Assembly (NCBI GenBank): GCA_046760305.1
Contig: JBHIDX010000007.1
Location: 5,185 to 69,184, forward strand
Direction: 5' to 3'
Origin: Candidatus Aminicenantales bacterium
GTDB lineage: Bacteria; Acidobacteriota; Aminicenantia; Aminicenantales; Aminicenantaceae
Length of the DNA: 64,000 nt
Shown here one piece after another: positions 56,993 through 64,000 of the stretch. Both the position numbers and the translations under genes were made by a program. The notes under the pieces are model-generated. The model ran no database searches, was not told the origin of the DNA, and worked only from the letters and a program-made list of their open reading frames with translations. The first letter of the stretch is position 1; every line of letters starts with the position of its first letter.

Positions 56993-57868
56993 ATGGCGGA
57001 TTTTTTGAAAAAAATACTGTGGGCGACCGATTTCTCGGAAGAATCAGAAGAAGCCTTTGCTTGGGCCAATCTTTTTGCTCGAGTTTATAACAGCTCTCTT
57101 ATTGCTCTCCATGTCGTGCCCGATTTTTCTCCTTTCCTCTACAGAGACTCGTACCTTATCGGAGAGGAACTTCGCCAGCGGGTAACAGAGCTCAGGAATG
57201 AGGCAGCAAAGAGACTGGAGAGATTTCAATCGGCCAAGAAAGCCTCATATAAGATTTTCATCAAGGAGGGAACCCCGGCAAAAAAGATTGTCGAAACAGC
57301 CGAGGAGGAAAATGCAGACCTGATTGTTATGGGCAGAAAAGGGCTCTCTGCCCTGGAAAAGCTTCTCATCGGGAGCGTTGCCAACCAGGTTTTAAGAAGT
57401 ACTTCTGTTCCGGTTCTGGTTACAAAAAAGAGGAAGAAGAAGAGATTGATAAAGAAAATACTTGTGCCCACAGATTTTTCGCCCCAGGAAGAGATAGAAA
57501 GAGATTTTGCCTGGAAGCTGGCCCGGGGCTTTGGGGCTGAGCTTATTTTCCTCCATGTACTCGAACTTCATGATTACGAATTTTCGCCACGTGTGCTTGA
57601 CGAGATGTTCAAGGCCCTTATGACTAGACTTAAAAAGAGAAGGAAGAAAGAGGGAGAGGATATAAAAGTTTCGGAGGAAGTTGTTCGTGCGGTTAATGCT
57701 GCGTTGGGAATAGTTGAGTTTGCTGAGGAGAAAGAAGTAGATTTAATCGTTCTTTCCACCTATGTCCAGAGTCATCTGGAAAGATTCTTCCTGGGGAGTA
57801 CGACTGAGAAGGTTATCTCTCATTCCACTCTTCCCGTCTTCGCCATTCCTCCGGAGCGCAAAAAATAG
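56993..57868 (+). CDS. Universal stress protein, tandem UspA domains
   Basis: Two UspA domains, each with an ATP-binding G-x2-G-x9-G(S/T)-like segment (VMGRKGLSALEKLLIGSVANQV…). Confidence 0.8.
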   Translation: MADFLKKILWATDFSEESEEAFAWANLFARVYNSSLIALHVVPDFSPFLYRDSYLIGEELRQRVTELRNEAAKRLERFQSAKKASYKIFIKEGTPAKKIVETAEEENADLIVMGRKGLSALEKLLIGSVANQVLRSTSVPVLVTKKRKKKRLIKKILVPTDFSPQEEIERDFAWKLARGFGAELIFLHVLELHDYEFSPRVLDEMFKALMTRLKKRRKKEGEDIKVSEEVVRAVNAALGIVEFAEEKEVDLIVLSTYVQSHLERFFLGSTTEKVISHSTLPVFAIPPERKK

Positions 57869-57873
57869 GAAAG

Positions 57874-58968
57874 GTGGAAGATAATCGAAAATACTGGGTT
57901 GCTTTTAACAGCATCCTCGGAGAGCGGTTAGGGGCAGCAAGAAAGGTTTACCACCATTTTCCTTCAGTAGAGGAAATTTTTAAAGCAGGATTGAGTGAAC
58001 TAACCTCGATCGGCCTAGAAAAAGAGCTGGCTTCGAGACTCATTTCACCTAAAACTCTTGACCAGGCCTCGAGGGAGGTCGAGCACATTGAGAGAAGGAG
58101 ATATGTTCTCATCACTATCGAGGATGAGAATTATCCCCTGCTGTTGAGAGAAATTTTCGATCCTCCGTTCGTTCTTTACTGTGCAGGAAACGTTGAAGCG
58201 CTCTACGGTCCGGCTGTTTCTCTGGTTGGAACGAGAAAACCAACTCCCTATGGAAAAGCTGTGACCGAGAGACTGGCGGAGGATCTCGCTGCCCTGGGAT
58301 TGGTGGTCATAAGCGGATTAGCAAGAGGTATTGATTCCATGGCTCACTGGGGAGCACTTAAGAAAGGAAGGACAGTAGCAGTGTTGGGTTCAGGCCTGGA
58401 TAATGTCTACCCAAGGGAGAATCGGTCTCTTTACCAGAAGATTATCGAAGAAGGAACTGTAGTTTCTGAGTTCCCTCTTCGCTCCGAACCTTACGGCTTT
58501 CATTTTCCCATCAGAAACAGGATTATCAGCGGCCTTTCTTTTGCCCTGGTTGTGGTTGAGGCTGCTGAGCGCAGTGGTTCGCTCATCTCTGCCCGTCTGG
58601 CACTGGAACAGAACAGGGAGGTGATGGCAGTTCCGGGCAATGTTACCTCTCCCTTCAGTGTGGGCACAAACTGGCTGATTAAATCAGGTGCAAAGCCAGT
58701 TCAAAACTGGGAGGACGTGGCTGAAGAACTTCCTTCCCCGCTCAGGGAAAATCTCCTCTCAAGGAGAGAAGAAAAGAAAAAGCCCGACCTTGATCAACGG
58801 GAGAAAAAAGTGTTTTCCCTTCTTACCGCTGATTCCCTGACTCATATTGATGAGCTGGTGGAGGAAACAGGATTTTCTGTGTCTGAACTGCTGGCTCTGC
58901 TGCTCAACATGGAACTAAAAGGTTATGTTTCCCAGAGCCCAGGAAAATATTTTCAGAGGAAATTGTGA
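57874..58968 (+). CDS. dprA: DNA-processing protein DprA (Smf)
   Basis: Rossmann-like core (VGTRKPTPYGK…ISGLARGIDSMAH) plus a C-terminal WH-like domain. Confidence 0.9.
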   Translation: MEDNRKYWVAFNSILGERLGAARKVYHHFPSVEEIFKAGLSELTSIGLEKELASRLISPKTLDQASREVEHIERRRYVLITIEDENYPLLLREIFDPPFVLYCAGNVEALYGPAVSLVGTRKPTPYGKAVTERLAEDLAALGLVVISGLARGIDSMAHWGALKKGRTVAVLGSGLDNVYPRENRSLYQKIIEEGTVVSEFPLRSEPYGFHFPIRNRIISGLSFALVVVEAAERSGSLISARLALEQNREVMAVPGNVTSPFSVGTNWLIKSGAKPVQNWEDVAEELPSPLRENLLSRREEKKKPDLDQREKKVFSLLTADSLTHIDELVEETGFSVSELLALLLNMELKGYVSQSPGKYFQRKL

Positions 58969-61212
58969 ATGAACAGGTCGCTTGTTATCGTTGAATCTCC
59001 AGCCAAGGCAAAGACTGTCAACCGTTATCTGGGGTCAAATTATGTGGTCAGGGCCTCGATGGGTCACATAAGAGACCTGCCCAAAGGAGAGCTGGGAGTT
59101 GATATTGAGAATAATTTCAAGCCCCGGTATGTAATAATTCCCGAGAGAAAAAAAATCGTTGAAAACCTGAAGAAGGTCGCCCAGAAGAGTAAAGAAGTAA
59201 TCCTGGCCGCTGACCCGGATAGAGAAGGAGAAGCCATCTGCTGGCACCTCAGTACTCTCCTCCAGGCAGTGAACCATAATATTTACAGGGTGCTCCTCAA
59301 CGAAATTACGAAGAAAGCCGTAGAAGAGGCCTTCAAGAATCCAGGCCATCTTGATGAGGATAAGATAAAAGCCCAGCAGACAAGAAGAATACTGGACAGG
59401 CTTGTTGGTTACCGCATCAGCCCGCTTCTCTGGAAGAAGGTCGGGAGCAGGTTGAGTGCCGGAAGAGTTCAGTCGGTAGCTCTGCGTCTGATATGCGAGC
59501 GCGAAAAGCAGATTAAAGATTTTATCCCTGAGGAATTCTGGACCATAACCGCGCATCTGAAGGCAGAAAAGCCGCCTCGTTTTAAGGCTATGCTGGCGAA
59601 AATTTCAGGCACAAAGGCGAAAATAAAGAATAAAAACGAGGCAGAAGAAATTGTGGCTGAGCTTCAGAAGGTTCCTTTTGTTGTTGAGAGCGTAAAGGTA
59701 GAAGAGAAAAAGAAATATCCGCCGCCACCTTACATCACCAGCACTCTTCAGCAGGACAGCTTCAGGCAGCTTCGCTTCCCTGTAAAGCGAACAATGTACA
59801 TTGCCCAGCGGCTTTACGAGGGAATTGAGATGGGCGAAAGAGGGAGAATCGGTCTTATCACCTACATGAGGACTGATTCGGTCCGAGTTTCAAACCTTGC
59901 CCTCTACCTGGCGCGGAAATTCATTGAAGAAAATTATGAACCTCAGTACCTGCCTCAGAAAGCGCGCATTTACAAGAATAAGAGGAAAGCCCAGGATGCT
60001 CACGAGGCGATACGGCCCACTTCATTTGATATCCCTCCCGAGGAGGTCAGGCCTTTCCTTAAAAAGGATGAGTTCAGCCTTTACAAGCTTATCTGGGACA
60101 GGTTTATTGCCTCGCAGATGAGTCCGGCCGTGGTAGAGGAAACAGAGATAGAAATTTGTGCTTCGAAGTATCTTTTCAGAGCAAAGGGAGAAGTGGTGAA
60201 GTTTGATGGTTTTTTCACTCTCCTTTCAGGGAAGAGAAAGGAAGAACAGCTTCCTGAAGTGAGAAAAGGGGAAAATCTGACCCTTGTGGAACTTGAACCC
60301 AGACAGAATTTCACTCAGCCGCCACCCCGTTATACGGAAGGAACACTGGTTAAAGAGATGGAATCAAAGGGAATCGGCCGGCCCAGCACCTACGCTCCGA
60401 TTATCAGCGCTCTTCAGGAAAGAGGGTATGTGGTGAAAGAAAAGGGAAAGTTTATTCCGAACGAACTGGGAATTTATGTTTCCGACTTCCTGGTTGAAAA
60501 CTTTCCGGATTTGATGGAAGTTGAATTTACGGCCAGGATGGAGGAAGACCTAGACCGCATCAGCGAAGGAGGGCAGGATTGGCTTGATTCTCTCAGGAGG
60601 TACAATGAGCTTCTTGACAGGGATTTAGAACAGGTGATGAAGGTTGAAGGCGTGAGGAAGTCGGGGATTCCGACTGATGAAGAGTGTCCTGAGTGTGGCC
60701 GTCAGCTTGTCATCAGAGAAGGCCGCTACGGGAGATTTAAGGCCTGTTCCGGATTTCCAGAATGCAAGTATAAAGAAAGTTATCGGAAAAAAGAAACGAG
60801 AAAACTCGACGAGAAATGCCCGGAGTGCGGCTCAACACTTGTACTTAGGTACGGAAAGTACGGTAGTTTCATTGCTTGCTCTAACTACCCTCAGTGCAGA
60901 TACACAAGAAAAGAAAGCATGGCCACAGACATTGACTGTCCCCAAGACTGCGGGGGAAAGATTGTGAGGAGGAAAACCAAGAAAGGGAAGATATTCTTCG
61001 GGTGCAGTAATTACCCCCAATGCGATTATGCCACCTGGGATGAACCGGTTAAGCAGCCGTGTCCTTTTTGCGGCCGGGAGTTTGTTCTTCGCAGGAATCG
61101 GATAAAAGCCAGCTCCTACCTCTACTGCAGTTCAGATGAATGCGATTACAGGGAAGAGGTGGAAAAGAGAAAAATCTGGGAAAGAGAAGATTCTTCTGGT
61201 GAAGAAAAGTGA
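58969..61212 (+). CDS. topA: DNA topoisomerase I with four C-terminal C4 zinc ribbons
   Basis: TOPRIM N-terminus, catalytic Tyr region, four Cys4 ribbons. 747 aa. Confidence 0.93.
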   Translation: MNRSLVIVESPAKAKTVNRYLGSNYVVRASMGHIRDLPKGELGVDIENNFKPRYVIIPERKKIVENLKKVAQKSKEVILAADPDREGEAICWHLSTLLQAVNHNIYRVLLNEITKKAVEEAFKNPGHLDEDKIKAQQTRRILDRLVGYRISPLLWKKVGSRLSAGRVQSVALRLICEREKQIKDFIPEEFWTITAHLKAEKPPRFKAMLAKISGTKAKIKNKNEAEEIVAELQKVPFVVESVKVEEKKKYPPPPYITSTLQQDSFRQLRFPVKRTMYIAQRLYEGIEMGERGRIGLITYMRTDSVRVSNLALYLARKFIEENYEPQYLPQKARIYKNKRKAQDAHEAIRPTSFDIPPEEVRPFLKKDEFSLYKLIWDRFIASQMSPAVVEETEIEICASKYLFRAKGEVVKFDGFFTLLSGKRKEEQLPEVRKGENLTLVELEPRQNFTQPPPRYTEGTLVKEMESKGIGRPSTYAPIISALQERGYVVKEKGKFIPNELGIYVSDFLVENFPDLMEVEFTARMEEDLDRISEGGQDWLDSLRRYNELLDRDLEQVMKVEGVRKSGIPTDEECPECGRQLVIREGRYGRFKACSGFPECKYKESYRKKETRKLDEKCPECGSTLVLRYGKYGSFIACSNYPQCRYTRKESMATDIDCPQDCGGKIVRRKTKKGKIFFGCSNYPQCDYATWDEPVKQPCPFCGREFVLRRNRIKASSYLYCSSDECDYREEVEKRKIWEREDSSGEEK

Positions 61213-62093
61213 AGAAAGAACTTGACCACTTCCTTTCTTATCTTAAGTATGAAAAAAATGCTTCCCCCCACACCATAAAAAGCTACAGGACTGACCTCCT
61301 CCAGCTCCATGATTTTCTTGCCCAGAGAAGAGTGAGCTTGAAGGAGATTGACAACCTTATTATCAGGGGATTTCTGGCGAGGCTCAATGCTAGAGGAGAG
61401 AAAAAGTCGACTGTAGCCAGAAAGCTGGCCGCGGTTCGCTCTTTTCTGCAGTTCTGCATGAAGAGGAAGTGGATAAATAACAATCCTGCCCGAGTAGTAG
61501 CCACTCCCAAGCAAGAGAAACATGTCCCCTCTTTTCTCTCCGAGGATGAGATGGCAGGATTCCTCGACCTCCCCCCATCAAACAAGCCTCTGGATTTAAG
61601 GGACAGGTTGTTGCTCGAGTTTCTGTATGCCACAGGCATGCGGGTGAGTGAGCTTGTTGGCATTAACCTCGAGGATATTAGCCTTGAGGAAAGACTGGTT
61701 CGCGTGAGGGGCAAAGGCAAGAAAGAAAGAATCCTCCCCTTCGGCAGAAAAGCTAGGGAGATCCTTGGCCGTTACCTTCGTGCCAGGCCCTTCATCAATA
61801 AAGGAAGAATCGACGAAGAGGCGCTTTTCTTGAATTATCGGGGGGAGAGGCTAACAGCTCGCTCGGTGGAAAGGATTATTGATAAGTACATCGAGCTCTC
61901 TGCCCTGAAAAGGAAGATAAGCCCTCACTCACTCCGCCACTCCTTTGCATCCCATCTTTTGGGTCGGGGGGCTGACCTGCGTGTCATTCAGGAGCTTCTG
62001 GGCCATGAAAGTCTGGCCACAACACAGAAATATACCCACCTTGATTTGAGGAAACTGCTCGAAGTCTACCGCAAAAGTCATCCCCGCTCCTGA
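61209..62093 (+). CDS. xerC: Tyrosine recombinase XerC/XerD
   Basis: R…HSLRHSFASHLL…LGHESLATTQKYTHL catalytic R-H-R-Y signature. Confidence 0.88.
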   Translation: MKKELDHFLSYLKYEKNASPHTIKSYRTDLLQLHDFLAQRRVSLKEIDNLIIRGFLARLNARGEKKSTVARKLAAVRSFLQFCMKRKWINNNPARVVATPKQEKHVPSFLSEDEMAGFLDLPPSNKPLDLRDRLLLEFLYATGMRVSELVGINLEDISLEERLVRVRGKGKKERILPFGRKAREILGRYLRARPFINKGRIDEEALFLNYRGERLTARSVERIIDKYIELSALKRKISPHSLRHSFASHLLGRGADLRVIQELLGHESLATTQKYTHLDLRKLLEVYRKSHPRS

Positions 62094-62322
62094 GATACCC
62101 AAGAAAGAAATCGATATTTCTTTCCCGCCGCTGCCTTTGCCTATTAAGAATTGCCCCGGCTTTAAAAGAGGTAAACATCTGTTCACAGAATAAAAGCTTC
62201 TGGGGTGAACTTCTATTTACACAACCCTTCTCTTGTGAAATTGTAATTAATTGATAATAATAGAGATGGGAACTTAAGCGCATTGGCCTCGAATTTGCAT
62301 AAGGTGCAGGTGAAAGGAGGTT

Positions 62323-62637
62323 GTGATGAAAATTAAATCTATCAAAGGGTTAGTCTTCAGTTTCCTACTTCTCTTCTTTTTTACTTCGCTTTTCGTGCTG
62401 GATGTACCTGCTCAGTCGACCGGGAAAAAGATTAACATCAACACAGCTTCAGCCACAGAGCTTCAGAAGCTTCCGAGAGTCGGAGAAAAGATTGCCCGTC
62501 GGATTATTGAATTCAGAAAGGAAAACGGCCAGTTCAAGAAGGTGGAAGAGATTATGAAAGTGAAAGGAATTGGCGAGAAGACATTCAAGAAGATTAAAGA
62601 CTTTATCACGGTGAAAACTGTCAAAAAAGTCAAGTAG
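62323..62637 (+). CDS. comEA: ComEA-like helix-hairpin-helix DNA-binding protein
   Basis: Signal/TM anchor, then tandem HhH (NINTASATELQKLPRVGEKIARRII…GIGEKTFKKI). Confidence 0.82.
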   Translation: MMKIKSIKGLVFSFLLLFFFTSLFVLDVPAQSTGKKININTASATELQKLPRVGEKIARRIIEFRKENGQFKKVEEIMKVKGIGEKTFKKIKDFITVKTVKKVK

Positions 62638-62714
62638 TCAAACAGAGAGCAAACCTTTCAGAGAATGGTCTCAGGTCTGGTTCTGTTTTTCCCCCATGGC
62701 AAACTGTTCTGCGT

Positions 62715-63164
62715 ATGAGGAAGGAGAGAGAGCAATCGATTGTGGCCCAGGCTGAGGAGATCGGGGAAATGGTGGATGGGTTAATCAAGAGAATGTCTTT
62801 TCCGGGCAGGGAAGTTGAAATTCTCACTGCCGGGCTGAAAAAAAAGGCTGCTTTTTTGGTTTATAACATCCGTCAATCTCTGTCCACAATTCAATACACC
62901 CTCTGCCGGAGATACCTGCTAAAAGCATTATCTGACCTTTATGCCCTGAGTTACTACAATTATGTATCCCGGCGGGTGGGCTGTTTCTCTTCAGGCCCTT
63001 ACCTCTCTCTAGCTCATAAACTGGAAGAACTTAAGAAAAGAATTCAGTTTCTTGATAAGGCTTTAAGGATGAAAGAAGGAACCAGGCCTAGGCCATTTCT
63101 TCCCCCGCGAGATGGGTTAGAAGAAAAGACCTCAATTTCCTTAGAGCCTGGCCGCGGTGGCTGA
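62715..63164 (+). CDS. Hypothetical protein
   Basis: Clean 149-aa ORF, predicted helical. Its 3' end overlaps the convergent rdgB by 77 nt. Confidence 0.4.
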   Translation: MRKEREQSIVAQAEEIGEMVDGLIKRMSFPGREVEILTAGLKKKAAFLVYNIRQSLSTIQYTLCRRYLLKALSDLYALSYYNYVSRRVGCFSSGPYLSLAHKLEELKKRIQFLDKALRMKEGTRPRPFLPPRDGLEEKTSISLEPGRGG

Positions 63165-63705
63165 TCCTGTTTTTCTCTTGGGGCAGAAGCTCTCCGAACG
63201 TCCGCTCGAGGGGAGGGTAATAAAAGACCGGGTCATACCCGAATCCATAATTCCCGCGTCTTTCCATGGTGATGTACCCGCTTACACTTTCCATGAATTC
63301 TTTGATTATTGAACCCCTCTGTGCCAGAACCATGCAGGAGACGAAACGTGCCTTTCTTTTTTCATCAGGAACATTTTTTAGGACGCGGAGGAGTTTTTCG
63401 ATGTTTTTATCATCGGTCGCCTTGGGACCTGCGTACCTTGATGAGAAAACCCCAGGCGCTCCATCAAGGTATTCGACTTCAAGTCCCGAATCTTCACTCA
63501 GAGTGAGCCCGCTCGATTTCAGACTGTAGAAGATACTTTTTCCTCGCGCGTTTTCGATGAAGGAGGCCCCTTTTTCAGGAAATGATATCTTTATTCCTGC
63601 TTCCTCAAGGCTGAATATTTCAAACGGAAGGTTTTCAAGGAATTTTTTTATTTCAAAGGCTTTCCCGGGATTGAACGTTGCCAGGAGAAGTTTCCTTTTT
63701 TTCAA
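63088..63705 (-). CDS. rdgB: Non-canonical purine NTP pyrophosphatase (RdgB/Ham1)
   Basis: Family signatures LATFNPGK, FGYDPVF and EKNRISHRGQAL. Confidence 0.9.
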   Translation of the reverse strand: MKKRKLLLATFNPGKAFEIKKFLENLPFEIFSLEEAGIKISFPEKGASFIENARGKSIFYSLKSSGLTLSEDSGLEVEYLDGAPGVFSSRYAGPKATDDKNIEKLLRVLKNVPDEKRKARFVSCMVLAQRGSIIKEFMESVSGYITMERRGNYGFGYDPVFYYPPLERTFGELLPQEKNRISHRGQALRKLRSFLLTHLAGEEMA

Positions 63706-63837
63706 TTTTCCGTACTAACCTGGACTATTCACAAATAGTTCAGGTTTCCCTGATTTCCATACCTGTATGAATAATTCAGGCTGAGTTCCTTTCTTTATTG
63801 GAGACAAGGCTCTATGATTATTCAGTCAAAGAGAGGC

Positions 63838-64000
63838 TTACTTTTTACCGAGGAAGTGTTTGAACCAGAAATTGACATAATCTCGGCTTGAGTGTTCTCT
63901 TTTTTTTCCCCCGAAGCCATGCCTCTGGTTGGGGTATATCATGAGTTCGAATTTTTTCCCCAGGTCAGTAAGCTTATCAACAAGCTGAATGGTGTTCTGC
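63838..64000 (-). CDS. S9 family peptidase, C-terminal fragment (gene continues beyond window)
   Basis: Reverse translation gives …DKLTDLGKKFELMIYPNQRHGF… This matches the catalytic-His region of prolyl oligopeptidase/DPP family C-termini. Stop codon (TAA) at 63838-63840. Confidence 0.5.
   Translation of the reverse strand, partial: QNTIQLVDKLTDLGKKFELMIYPNQRHGFGGKKREHSSRDYVNFWFKHFLGKK

Overview
This 64 kb window is a housekeeping-rich chromosomal segment, about 48% GC, from what looks like a diderm bacterium. The diderm call rests on LptD, LpxD and a heptose-7-phosphate kinase. Local gene order is Firmicutes-like: pheS-pheT-zapA, rny-ymdB, xseA-xseB-ispA-dxs-tlyA-nadK and dprA-topA-xerC. 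Confident genes are guaA, dnaE, valS, birA-coaX, an MscS channel, argF (ornithine carbamoyltransferase) and arcC (carbamate kinase) in a minus-strand operon with two uncharacterised proteins, a two-NBD sugar ABC importer with a FucI-like isomerase, tRNA-Val(GAC), thrS-infC-rpmI-rplT-pheST, zapB-zapA, rny, ymdB, xseAB, ispA, dxs, tlyA, nadK, glgA, trxA-trxB, lpxD, yihY, a split atpZ-atpI-atpB-atpE block, lptD, purF, hldA-like kinase, yggT-yggU, nupC, a tandem Usp, dprA, topA, xerC, comEA and rdgB. There is no CRISPR array, no recognisable defence system and no transposase. The unusual content is non-coding and structural: a roughly 480 bp MITE-like palindromic element in a divergent promoter region, and a second nested-palindrome repeat family with two copies. 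The unusual coding features are a SelB-like winged-helix protein lacking its GTPase domain, a P-loop protein of unknown function co-operonic with arcC/argF and a 689-aa K/E-rich protein, a receiver-domain protein with Ser in place of the phospho-acceptor Asp, and an infC with a probable AUC start and a long overlap into rpmI. All calls are from reading translations and motifs by eye; no searches were run.
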